64,000 nucleotides of DNA, taken from Callorhinchus milii (taxonomy: Eukaryota). Positions 1-11,303 of the stretch are shown in pieces (position 1 is the first letter of the stretch; every line of letters begins with the position of its first letter). Below the pieces are notes generated by a model. The model saw only the letters and a program-made list of their open reading frames with translations, was not told the DNA's origin and ran no database searches. Position numbers and translations under genes: made by a program. The stretch is taken from positions 16,618,001 through 16,682,000 of the forward strand of contig NW_024704742.1 in the NCBI RefSeq assembly GCF_018977255.1, read 5' to 3'.

Positions 1-732
1 AAATAGAGTTAGAAAATTGCTAACCTTTTTTATTGAAAACTTGGATGATAAATCAATCCACATTCAGTGTGCTACCATACCAATCCCATTTATTTAACAA
101 TATTACTGTTTCAAAATTTCCATGGTTCAGAGGATATTGACTCAATCCCAAACTTCCCGCCTTACAATTTGCACTTATATAATGATAAGACTCAGTGAAA
201 CTCGCATAAGTCTTATCTTTATAAATCGTATAATTGCCTAAGTGTACAAACACGTGTCCCATTCAGATTCCTGTTAAAACCATTTGTATTTATTTGCACT
301 ACTTGCATTAATCATCTCCTAACTCGTAACGCCATTCCCCTACACTCCATTAATCCTGCAGTTACCAGCTGAATTGAATTGCAGGAAATTACGTCCAGAC
401 CCATCGAAACATACACATTTACCGGCAGAATGCATTGAATCGCGGGAAACGTAGTCTTGATCTGTTGGTGAATTCGTAAAAGAACTTCATTTCCCACAAT
501 TTAATGCGATTCCTATGCTTACCAGTAAATGCTTGCAGCGACATGTCAAAATGCATTGAATCGCAGGAAAGGTAGTCTTGTCCTGTCACCGCAGACACAT
601 TTACTGGTTGCAGTAACAAACTACCGCATGTGCACTTACCGGCTGGATTGAATCATGCATGAGCAGTATTTATTGTTGATTAAATTGGATTTTATATGAC
701 TTGTATGATTTGCCTGCAACTCGGATTTCGCA

Positions 733-1088
733 ACAACAAGAACAACAACTTGCACTTGTACAGTGCCCTGCACGCAGGGTAGCATCTCAGAGCGCTTAAC
801 AGTGGCGGAGCCTGACTCCGAGCTGGTGGGGTTTTGGGAGGTGGCCGTAAGCACAGTTGATGAGGAAGGTCTTCAGGCAGGACTTGAAAAAGGGAAGAGA
901 GGGAGCAAGGCGGAGGGATTGAGGGAGAGTGTTCCAGAGTTTCGGGGGTCATGGCTGAAAGCACAACCACCGATGGAACTGAAGGCACGAGGGACAAGCA
1001 GGAGGTGGGTCGGGGAGTAGTCAGGTCTAAGAGCTAGGAAGGTGATATGAAGGGATTTGAAGATAAGTGTGAGGATCTTGAAATCAAT
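733..1088 (-). mobile_element. L2 LINE 3' fragment (ORF2 C-terminus plus 3' tail), decayed
   Basis: Minus strand reads ...ILTLIFKSLH / W-N-T-L-P-like L2 C-terminus and ends in a (GTT)n-type tail; similar to the L2 copy at 46719-47599. Confidence 0.8.
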
Positions 1089-1755
1089 TTAAATGACCAA
1101 AGTCATATTAAATCTTATAGCCCCGACTGATACGACTTATGTGAGTTTTACTGTATCACGTTTCATATCAGGAAGGCATCTTAAAGTGTTTCACAGTGCT
1201 AACGTACACTCTATGGTTATAGATTTAATTCCCTTTGAAGGGGCTGGCATTGAAACTCAGATTTCAACATATGTGTTGAGAATTATTAATTTTCAGCTGG
1301 TCTGTCATGTGAGCTGCCCCATCAGGGAGGAAGGGCTAACACTTATTGTGTTTTATTCCATGGGGAGCATGCCTTCTGTCAGCAGTTACAGGATGCAAGT
1401 GATGTTGGCCTATGTTGGAGATTATAGCCTGTTCATTTCCGCTCACAATGTGGGCAACAATTGGCTGAAACATTCTAGTTCCACTCTCCTGAATAATTAA
1501 AGTCCTGAGTGCTGTGATTTATTTTCTCTACATTGTATCTCTTTAGATGTTGGATCTGTTTTGAGGGCTGAACTTAAGAGCAGTAGATTCACTTAAAGCA
1601 TTAATTTTAATGGCTTATAAGACCATTGAAATTTATTGATAGAGTGCCCCTGGCAATCACTGTATGTAAAAGTACCTTTACTAATCATTATTGATTGAGT
1701 ATGTTTCCAGTCACAGTTAATAGCTAATATTTACATTAAACCCATAACTACATTA

Positions 1756-2120
1756 GAAGTGCTGTAGCATAGTGATTACAGCATTCACTTTACAAATGAG
1801 AGGACCTGGATTCGATTTCCGGGCAGGGTGAAGAATTAATCCTTACTTCACATAGCTCTGCTTACGTAGCAGTAAGTAGAACCCAGTTGTTAGTTGATTG
1901 GCGGATTGCTTTTCCAAGGATAATAATCAAAAAAAAAAAAATTTTTAAATAATAATTTCATCACTCAATCCATGACTGTTTGTGGGACGCTGCTGTGTGC
2001 AAATGGCTGCGTTTCACCCACAAAACGTACAGTCAATTCACTTTACAGTATATTCTGTGAAGCATTTTGCGACGTCTCAAAGAAGTGATAATGCAAGGAT
2101 AATGCAAGGATTATTATTAT
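1756..2120 (+). mobile_element. tRNA-derived SINE, long subfamily, diverged
   Basis: Degenerate A box and B box (TAGCATAGTG..GGATTCGATTTCC), conserved body TGTTTGTGGGACGCTGCTGTGTGCAAATGGCTG, tail CAAGGATTATTATT. Confidence 0.85.
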
Positions 2121-2309
2121 TTTATTAAGGGATTTTCTTTGCTGCCCTAAATATATATTTATTTTATAACTTACTTCAAAAGCAGAATTAATTTTCAAAT
2201 TCTGTGTCAATAAACAATAATACACTTGACTTTTTTAATTGTGATCTGTACATTGCCTTGTGATTTATCGAAGCTGGTTTTACAATGGCTAGAACATACT
2301 TACATCTTC

Positions 2310-2420
2310 CATGTGTCAACCTAGAAAATACATGATCACTACACTTGACACTATCATGTGAAGCACTTTGAGAGATGTCCTCCTGATACAAAAAGCATTA
2401 TGTCAAATGTAGGGATTATT
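2310..2420 (+). mobile_element. SINE/L2-type 3' tail fragment
   Basis: GTGAAGCACTTTGAGAGATGTCC...CAAATGTAGGGATTATT matches the SINE tail. Confidence 0.6.
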
Positions 2421-2635
2421 CTAAGTTTGAAGTCTGAGACTGGTACACCTTCAAGCCTGATGAACTAGCTGTAATATTTTATATATATTTTCTTTAGTCA
2501 ATACATTTTTGATTCTATTTATTTAACCTGTCAGTTTGGGTGTTGGACTGTTTGTGTTTCTATTTGCTGTATGCCAATAAATTTCCTTTTTGCTACTTGT
2601 GACAATTTTTTTCTTGCCTTACGCAGAGTGATTTT

Positions 2636-3000
2636 ACATAGAGTAACAGAGAGGCTAATGGCATGGAAACAGGCCATTCGGCCCAACTCGTCCATGCCAG
2701 TGTTTATAGTCCATCCAAGTCTGCAAACCTCTGATTCCCCTCATCCATACCCCTCTACTCCCTTCTCCCAAAAGTATGCTTCAAGATTTTTCTTAAATAC
2801 ATTGATAATTTTTGCTTCAACCACAATATTACCATGCTCTGTGTGAAGAATTTCCCGCAAAATTCAATATTAGATTAACTAATATTTATAGTCATGTCCT
2901 CCAGTTTTGGACTCGCCAACAAGTGTAAACAGCTTATCAATATCCACCTTATCAATTCCTTTCATAACCTTAAACACCTCATATCTCTCATTCTCTCTCT
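2636..3000 (-). mobile_element. CR1 LINE 3' end, decayed
   Basis: GAAACAGGCCATTCGGCCCAACT is the reverse complement of the CR1 3' UTR hairpin seen at about 19640-19665. Confidence 0.75.
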
Positions 3001-3111
3001 CCTCTTTTCCCCTTTCTCTGCTACCGCTGTTATGGGTGTTGTTGTTCTGTAAATTAAGGTAATGTCTGTGTTTAAGTCATCATTTGAACACAGACATGAA
3101 ATTCCTTTTAA

Positions 3112-3288
3112 AAAAATTGGTCACTCAATCCATGACTGTTTATATGGGACACTGCTGTGTGCAATTGGCTGACGCATTTCACCCACAAATATACAGTTAA
3201 TTCACGTTAAAGTATATTCAGTGAAGCACTTGAGACATCTCGAAGATGTGATAAGGTGCTACATCAAATGCAAGGATTATTATTATTA
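3112..3288 (+). mobile_element. SINE 3' half (body plus tail)
   Basis: AATTGGTCACTCAATCCATGACTG...CAAATGCAAGGATTATTATTATT. Confidence 0.85.
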
Positions 3289-3488
3289 CTGGTTTACAGT
3301 CCTCTTGGTGTCTTGGTGGTTAAATTATTTTAAACTTGGAAAAAAATATTTACGGTTTTATCCTGCGGTAATGTGATGTTCTACATTAATATGCATTGCA
3401 CTGCGGCAAAACATACTGCAGCACAATACTTTGTTAAGCCCAGAACATAGTGTAAAATGAAGACTAAGGTAATTTTGGATGTAATTTC

Positions 3489-3797
3489 GGAGTCCTGTAG
3501 CTCAGTGGTTAGAGCACTCGCTTTGCAAGCGAGAGACCTGAGTTCAATTCCATGCAGAGGGCGAAACCTTGGGCAAGTTTCCTTACTCCACACGCCTAAT
3601 AATAATCCCTCCAAAACCAAAAACAATAATAAATTGGTCATTTTCAATCTACGACTGTTTGTGGGACATTGCTGTGCGCAATTGGCTGCCGCGTTCGACC
3701 ACAAATATACAGTTAATTCACTTTACAGTATATTCTGTGAAGCACTTTGAAAAGTCTCAGTGACGTGATAAGGCGCTATATCAAATGCAAGTATTAT
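3489..3797 (+). mobile_element. tRNA-Ala(TGC)-derived SINE, short subfamily, full length
   Basis: GGAGTCCTGTAGCTCAGTGGTTAGAGC A box; anticodon arm CTCGC-TTTGCAA-GCGAG (3517-3533); B box GAGTTCAATTCC; conserved body; L2-like tail. Confidence 0.93.
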
Positions 3798-4169
3798 ATG
3801 TTTGACTGTGAACTGTACTTGAATTATAGAAATTGCACAGGTTTATAGTTCTGCAAAAATCTGTATTCTCTTCCCGTAATTATTGTTAAAAGCTTCTGTG
3901 TCTTTTGTCAGTTTGAAATCTAAATGATAGTTGTACTGATTTCAAATAACTACCAATTAAAAAATCCTTTTGGGCTCCAACTATGCTTCTAAATGGGTAA
4001 AAAGATTAATAATACATATTTTTAAAATTCACGAAGCACATTGACGAAAGTAAACATTGCAAACCTATTATGAAAATGTCACCTCCTCGGCCTTGGATTT
4101 TTGTAATTATCCACATTTGACAGCGGTTAGCTGTTTCCACCTGTTGATGAGTCCAAAAACATCAATAGA

Positions 4170-4415
4170 AATTAACCAGAGCAGATCTAGAAGGAAGTTC
4201 AGGAAGAGCTTCTTCATGCTGAGGGTGGTGAGAATGTGGAACTTACAGTCAGACACTCTGGTCAAAGCACAAAAGCATCATTGTCTTGAAAAGATTACTT
4301 GATACATAAATGAAGGAAAAAGGAATAGAGGGGATTAGGAAGCAGTATAAACACCAACCTGAATTTGTTGGACTGAATGGCCTATTTCCATGCTGTAACA
4401 TTCTATATAATTCTA
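4170..4415 (+). mobile_element. CR1 LINE 3' end
   Basis: Translates RKSFFMLRVVRMWN (CR1 C-terminal FF..RVV..WN motif), then 3' UTR with ATTCTA repeats. Confidence 0.8.
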
Positions 4416-4794
4416 TATAATTAACAAATACCATTGAAATGAAATACTACTTCTGCTATAATAGCTAGCTATTCAGTGGTTGATTTTAATTTGCAAAATC
4501 AATTGTAAATGCTAATATCACACTTGTGCTTGTGAAAATGTTATATCTTTGTCTAATTGTTTTTGAAACCCACTATAGACAGTTATCCTGAAATTTTAAT
4601 TGCTGGAAGCGATATGTGAGTAGATTAAACAATTTGCATTGGAAATGTAATTTATGTTTGTCAGAGCCTGAGGCTGAAGTGAGCTCTGTTCACATGCTGT
4701 ATTCATACTGTATATTTAACACCAACCTACATTTTTGCAAGCTGTTCATTCCAAGAAACCCAAGGTAAGCGAAGGCTCAGGAAGCACAAATTTA

Positions 4795-5560
4795 ATCCAG
4801 ATATTAGGTACTACTTATAAAACGTAAAATTAGGAAACACTGTACTCCATGGATGGAATAGAATTTACCAAGAGTGAAGCTGAAGGAGATCTAGGATTGT
4901 TAGTTGACTCATCATTCATTATGTTGAAGCAGTGTGAGGCAGCAAAAAACCAGGCAAGCATGATGTTGGGTTATTTTGCTGAATCAGTTGAGTTCCGATT
5001 CTCGGACATAATACTCAGAAGGCTGTATCGTGCTGTGGTCAGGTTGCACCTAGAATACTGCATGCAGTTCTGGGTGCCCTGAGTTGAGTGTGTGTATGGG
5101 GTGGAGGGGGGGTGGGGTGCTGCCCTAGAAGCGGAACAGAGCAACGAGGATGATGCCCAATGTTAGAAAAATTAGCTATGTGCAATGATTAAACAAACTA
5201 GGGTTATTCAGACATAAGAGAAGCCATGTCAGAGAGAATCGTATTGACGTGAATAGAACTTTAAATGGGATTGAAAAAGCAAACACCCAGAACAATACTT
5301 TAGGGTGCATCCAGAGAGTAGGACAATTGGACATATGTTTACAGTTGCAAAGGACAGCTTCAGGACATATACTCAGAAGATTTTCTTTAGCCAGAGAATA
5401 ATTAACAACTGGAACAGGTTACCAGGAAGGGTGATGGAGATCAGGATACCGTACTCATTCAAAATAAAACAGTTTTTTGCTGGGATGGGAAGATGGTAGG
5501 TTAGGATGAGATCAGTTGGGCAAACAGCCTTTTTCATCCAAACCAATCTTGTGATCTGGT
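4795..5560 (+). mobile_element. CR1 LINE ORF2 C-terminal fragment, old and decayed
   Basis: ORFs 4849-5082 (DLGLLVD...LYRAVVRLHLEYCMQFW) and 5305-5499 (FFSQRIINNWNRLP). Confidence 0.85.
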
Positions 5561-6326
5561 GAGCTGTCCTGACAGCCATAAGGAGGTAGTTTTAGCAGTT
5601 GTACAGTTCACACCCACTACTGTAAAAGTGTAAGCTGTAAGCACTCCGGGACGCTACCCCGTGTGATGGGCAATATATATATGCAAGTTTTTGTTGTGTA
5701 TTAAGCGTGATTGACTCTGAACTCACTATCCTGCGCTATTTTAAATCTCAGAGGCTGCCTGTTGACCTAAAACTTCCAAAAATATGAGCATAGACACCAA
5801 ACACAGGTCCCAATTTGCTCATGTTTGTAGACTTAAGACCATGGTCTTACAGTTTAAGAAAGTGTGGAATTTTGGAAAGCAATCTTAAATTCAGTCTCAA
5901 TTTTGAAGCAGATTTTCTGCATTTCATTTTGGTAGTGCAGAAAACCTGCTTCCAAATAATGACTGATTTTAAAATTTCCATAATTCTGGAAAATTATAGC
6001 CTAATGATTCAATTTTAGACTATAGAAGAGGATATTGAGTTTTGTGAATGCCAGGCACTGCAACCCAACTTCTACTACCGGTAGTGTATTACAAGTTTGT
6101 TTTCTTAATAGATGGAAAGCAAAAGAGTACAGCTGCAGATAACTATAACAAACAGTTATTGCTGGGAGCGGAAAGAAAGAGTGATTTTCCAGTCATTAAT
6201 AAATTTATGAACCGTGGCATGCAATCACATCAGATTTTCTCCTGGTCAGTTCAAGTACCAATTCTGGTAATGTGAGATTGTAATAGGAACATGCAAGACA
6301 ATTTACTGGATCATCATACCTCATTT

Positions 6327-6414
6327 AACTATTGTTGCTCGTTTTGAGTACCTTTCATTGTCGGTCTAGAGTAACTATTGTTACCTATCTAGAGTACCTT
6401 TTGTTGTCTGTCAA
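6327..6414. repeat. Degenerate tandem repeat, unit about 23 bp, about 4 copies
   Basis: Recurring GAGTA(A/C)CT(A/T)T..TTG...TCTA segments. Confidence 0.5.
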
Positions 6415-6723
6415 GCGTTGGTAATGCAAATACTTTGAAAAAGAAGCCAATCTTAAATTCTAGCTTATTGTCGGTTTACTCCTGATTGCACAAGACAATA
6501 CTTTTATCTCTGAATCTGCAATATCGAAAAACTGACAAACTCATCTCGGCAAGATAAGATATCCGATGCTTTACTCTTCATGGGGCACAATTTAATTTTG
6601 GTTCAGGTACTGGTATACTCATTACATTTTGGAAACGGAAGATAAAAGGTTTTAAAGTAACAACGGATTTCTATTGCGCTGAGCAAGGTCAAGCTTGATC
6701 AATTGAATTATAGATTTTACATT

Positions 6724-7690
6724 TTCATAAGACGACAGCATGGAAACAAAATATTTGGGCTAGCAAGTCTTTGATGGTGTTTTACTCAAAATGAGTTTCC
6801 ACCCACTCCTTACTCCTTCCCAATACCCTTCTGTTCTTTCTTCCCTCCGGTCTAGCTTCCTCTTAAATGCAATTGTACCATCTGCTTCAACCACTGCTTG
6901 GGGCAGTTAGTTCCACATTCTGACTACCCTCTTTTAGGTCTCCCTCTTTTAGGTTCACTGTCTTACACTTGTGTCCTGTGTTTATGGACTCTTCAACAAG
7001 TGGCAACAGCCTGTTTAAACTAATCTTATCAAGCCCTTTTATAATTTTAAACACTTCTATTAGGTCCCCTCTTAAACTTCTCTCGCGAATAAAAGCCTAA
7101 GCTATCCAGTCCATACTGATAGCAGTAACTTACCAACCTGGTATCATCTTAGTAAACGTATGAGGTACTCTTCCATCATTGTTATATCCAGTGGTAGTGT
7201 GGTGACTAGAATTGGACACAGTACTCCAAATATGGTCTAACCAAGGTTTTCTATAAATTCAACATCAACTCCTCACTTTCATATTCTCTCCTTCTGAATA
7301 TAAAGCCCACGATCCCATTGGCCTTTTATGTGTTTATCTACATGTTTTGGGACTTTTAAAGATTAGTGGTTCTAAAACCGCAGATCTCTTTGCTACTCTA
7401 CACGTTTTAGGTTCTGATCATCTAGGCAATAGGTTGTTTCTTTGTTTTATCCTGCCAAAGTGAATTACTTTATCATTTTCCTATATTAAACTTAACTTAC
7501 CATCTGTCTTCCCATTCTGCAAGCTTGATTATGTCTTCTTGCATTCTTCTGCATTCCTCTTCACTATTTACCGTGACTACCAGCCCCGACCCCACTCCCA
7601 TCCCCAGGTTGCTATCGTCTGCAAATGTTATCACCACAACTCCTATATCTGAGTCCAAATTTTTTATAGTTAATCGTAGTGGTTCTAGCT
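6724..7690 (-). mobile_element. CR1 LINE ORF2 3' part, decayed
   Basis: Reverse-complement CR1 motifs: CACAGTACTCCAAATATGGTCTAACC (RPYLEYCV), CTATCGTCTGCAAA (FADD), CCACATTCTGACTACCCT (RVVRMW). Confidence 0.85.
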
Positions 7691-8159
7691 ACAACATCAA
7701 ATTGCATTTTATAGCGTCTTTCACGTTGGGAGGACGTCCCAACCCGGATCCCTCCGGAATATCAATTCATACCTCATACCAGGCTGAGAAGATGCCCTGT
7801 AACTCCTACCTTTTGTTTTTGTTTTTCTAACTATTTTTTAATCCAAGCTGTCTCTTCCATGACTCCACCTGCTGCGATATAGATGAATTGTGATGTTATG
7901 CTGTAATTTCAAATGTAATATCCTCTAAAGTAAAATTATATTCAGTGCAAGGGGGAAGTTCAGCAACAAATGTTAATAAAAAAAAGTGTATTAAAATAAA
8001 ATTGGTAGATTGTGCAGTTTCAGCACATAAAAATGTAGCAGTTTGTAAAATGATGAGCTGCAGTAAATTATGTGGCTAAAATATAACTGTGTTTCTAAAC
8101 TCTACACCTGGGAATGCAGACAGATATGTCATTGAAGAATAAGTTGCCTAGCTCAGTAA

Positions 8160-8330
8160 AAATCATTGCCATTATTCACTTGATTGTTGTTTCTGGGACA
8201 TTGGTATGCACAATTTGGCTGCTAAGTTAATCTACAAAATACACAATTACGATAGTTGCAGCCTATTTTGTGAAGCGATTTGCGACGTCCTTCTAAGTCA
8301 AAGGTGCTGCATCCAGTGTAAGTATTATTA
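8160..8330 (+). mobile_element. Old SINE body/tail fragment
   Basis: GTTTCTGGGACATTGGTATGCACAATTTGGCTGC...GTGAAGCGATTTGCGACGTCC. Confidence 0.65.
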
Positions 8331-8779
8331 TGTTTGAATATTCATGTCGGGACATTGATCACAAGTGTTGAAAAACTTAAATATGCACCCCTGCAATACG
8401 TTATATGCAATAATTGCACAAAATAATTACTTTACCAGGATTGATTTACATGATCCTTGACAGTTTGAATGCTGAAATGTTACATTTTTATTAAACTCCA
8501 CAACTACAGCTCAAGGATGAGAAAATGAAATGTCAAAACTCTAGAAGTTCTCATCATCCAGAACGGAATTCATTTTCAACACTTAATTGAGATATTATCA
8601 GAAAGAATGGATGAGATTTCATGCGCTTGATTTCACTTTTGAATTTAAATTAGTTCAGATATACAGATATTCTCTGTTTAGATTGCCAACTCTAGGAATT
8701 GTAGCTTTTCATTCCTGAAATTTGATGCTAAAAATATTAATGTACTGAAAAATATTAATATTGGATTATCAAAACAATT

Positions 8780-8834
8780 TAGACATCTCTCATAACATAG
8801 ATATCTCTCATAGCTTAAACATCTCTCATAACAT
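8780..8834. repeat. 18-bp tandem repeat, 3 copies
   Basis: A(G/A)A(C/T)ATCTCTCATA(A/G)C(A/T)T repeated three times. Confidence 0.8.
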
Positions 8835-9232
8835 ATGCACTTTGAGTCAGAAGGTTGTGGGGTGAAGCTTCCTATGCGGACTCTGAGTTTATACTTTAGA
8901 CTGACACTCCAGTGCTGGGAGTGCTGAATTGTCAGACTTGCCATCCTTCGATTAAGAAGTTAAACTGAATTCCTGTCATTCTATCCCTGTCAACATCCCA
9001 TGGCTTTTTACTTCAAAAAGTGAAGAGAGTTTCTCGTAGTGTCCTGATCAATAAATAAAATAAAATTGGTCATTCACTTCATGTCAGATTGTGGGATATT
9101 GCTGTGCACAAACTAACTGCGATGTTCAGCTACAAATATACATTGACTATACTTTACAATGATTCCTGTAAATTCCTTTTGAAATGTTTCGACATTGTGA
9201 TCAAACAGTATATCAAATGCAAGGATTACTTA
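8835..9232 (+). mobile_element. Older DeuSINE (SacSINE1-like), decayed
   Basis: Head CTTTGAGTCAGAAGGTTGTGGG, then CTGACACTCCAGTGC..GGGAGTGCTG, CATCCCATGGC, GTGGGATATTGCTGTGCACAAA and CAAATGCAAGGATT tail; matches the remembered SacSINE1 layout. Confidence 0.7.
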
Positions 9233-9354
9233 TTTATCAGTATTAATTTGTTATGAAACGCATCTTAATACTCCAAAATAAATTTTAAAAAAATTCCAGC
9301 TCATATCAACCATTTTAGAAGAGGGGAGCTATCTTTTTCTTAAAAAAATATTTT

Positions 9355-9538
9355 CAATTCTGGAAGGAGATTCGATGGTAGCTTTCAAAAGGGAATTGGA
9401 TAGGTATTTGAAAACGAAAAAATGCTGGGCTATGGTGTAAGAGAGGAGGAGTGGGATTTGTTGGATATCTTTTTCAAAGAGCTGGCACAGGCATGATGGC
9501 TGAATAGCCTCCTTCTGTGCTGTAAGATTCTATGATTT
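9355..9538 (+). mobile_element. CR1 LINE 3' end
   Basis: TTCAAAAGGGAATTGGATAGG...GGCTGAATAGCCTCCTTCTGTGCTGTAAGATTCTATGATT. Confidence 0.85.
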
Positions 9539-9819
9539 CCATCAGGTGAAAATCAGCATTGCAGGCTTGGTTTGCACTCATAATCAACAATACTGTACTA
9601 TAAATCCAGCCAAATGAATCACTGCAGCCATATTTGCATCATAAATAGCAACTGAGGGCCAGAAAACAAACACTGCTTGTCCATCAAGGATAGAGATCTG
9701 CAATTTTGGTTTGAAAAATTTTCAGAGATTTAGAAACACCACTGTATTAGTTATGTCACTCTCAGATTGTTCTCAGGAATGATGGGCCAGTGTTGAGGAG
9801 ATGAAGGAAATAATTGTGG

Positions 9820-10050
9820 GGAGGGGCAATTGAGCTAAAACAGTATCCTTTCACATTATGGACCTGGCTTTGAATGTCTCTAACCAGATGGTACACTTCA
9901 AACTACTGTATGAGTGCCTCATGTAAAGTGTGCTTGTGCAACCTGAATCCAGTATCTTGTGGCTGGGAGCTTGACAGCATAAAACTACCCATCAATCAGC
10001 ACAAATTGGTACTGAATTGGAAATCTCAGTCAAGAGCTGTAATGGTGTTT
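9820..10050 (+). mobile_element. Ancient LF-SINE-like relic
   Basis: Ordered blocks CCTTTCAC..GGACCTGG, CATGTAAAGTG, CAGCATAAAAC, AATTGGTACTGAATTGGAAATCTCAG; similar copy at 48940-49200; family name from memory. Confidence 0.45.
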
Positions 10051-10882
10051 GGTGTAAGAATTGGAAATATTTACAATGGTGCAGCAGGCGCTATTCTCCT
10101 GCGGTTGGTGTTGAAGCACATTGATGGGCACAGTGAAGCCTGCTTTTTATTCCACATTTGTTTTTTTTAAACAAAATATATATTTATTTGTGGATGGAAT
10201 ATGTAGTTACACTCATCTCAAAGAAACAATTCCTATGACAGAAAGGAAAAAGCAACTCATTATTTTCCCATTTCAGAATGCAACAGACCCAGCCCATTAT
10301 GGCAAGCAAGGGCCTTTGCAGGGTGCAGTTACAAGGTGTATACAAAGATGCTCGTGTATTACATGGTGAGCGTACTCTGATACCTTCCTCCATGGGTAGG
10401 GACTCTGGGTGTGTTTGTGCGGCACTGATGTGAGCAAGGAGTGGCTGCACCTGGGGATAGACACCATGTGGCCTTTGCTGCGCCTGAACTGAGCTCAATC
10501 CCCATTTGGGTTATTACTGTACCTAAACTGGTAGTGCTTGGTGCTGACAAGGTCACTGACTGAGCAGAGTGGGGGAAAGGTGAAAAATCCAGTTACCAGC
10601 TCTCATATTCCACCAATTATGGAGTAAAAAAATCTGAATAAAGTATTCTCTGTATGGCTTTTATGTTCAGGTTTTGCTTTAATTGGTTTTCCTGCCTTTA
10701 CACCCTCTATGGCAATGCAGTTTTAGCCTTCCTTTTTGTGATTTTTAAAGAATATCTTTCTTAAGGTACTATTTCAGCAGAATCCATGGTGGGTTCAAGT
10801 GAGGAACAAGTTAGTTTAAACTTTTGTTGTGCCATAAACCTTATTCTGATAGATTCAATTTCCTGATTGTTAATTCATGATG

Positions 10883-11303
10883 CAACAACAACAACAAGAT
10901 TCCATTTATAGAGCGCCTTTCACGTCGGGAGGACGTCCCAAAGCGCTGTACAGTTGGGTCAGGACCCGAGCAGGGGGCTAATGGTTAGGGTGAGGGGAGG
11001 AAAGGGAGGGAGCGAGGAGGGAGTAGAGAGTCGAGAGGGGAGCTGAAGGCACGGTCAAAGAGAAAGGTCGTGAGACCATCCTTGAAGGAGGAAAGGGAGG
11101 AGGCAAGGCGAAGGCACTGGGGGATGGAATTCCAGAGCCTAGGGGCTGAGAGGCTGAAGGCCCGGCCACCGATGGTAGGGCGGTTGGGGCGGGGGATGTG
11201 GAGCAGACCGGAGCCAAAGGAACAGAGGGTACGGGCAGGTAGGTAGGGGGATAGTAGGTCGGAGAGATAGGAGGGAGCAAGGCCGTGAATGGCCTTGTAG
11301 GTG
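10883..11303 (-). mobile_element. L2 LINE 3' fragment, young subfamily
   Basis: Near-identical to 47140-47599 in reverse; (GTT)n tail and GGGACGTCCTCCCGACGTGAAAGGCGC stem-loop. Confidence 0.92.

Noticed and set aside
3489..3560. tRNA-Ala gene
   Set aside because: No complete acceptor stem or T-run terminator; it continues into the SINE body and recurs many times, so it is a SINE head
10278..10364. Possible 87-nt exon (TTTCAG...ATG|GTGAGC)
   Set aside because: All three frames are open but none is recognisable, and no partner exons were found
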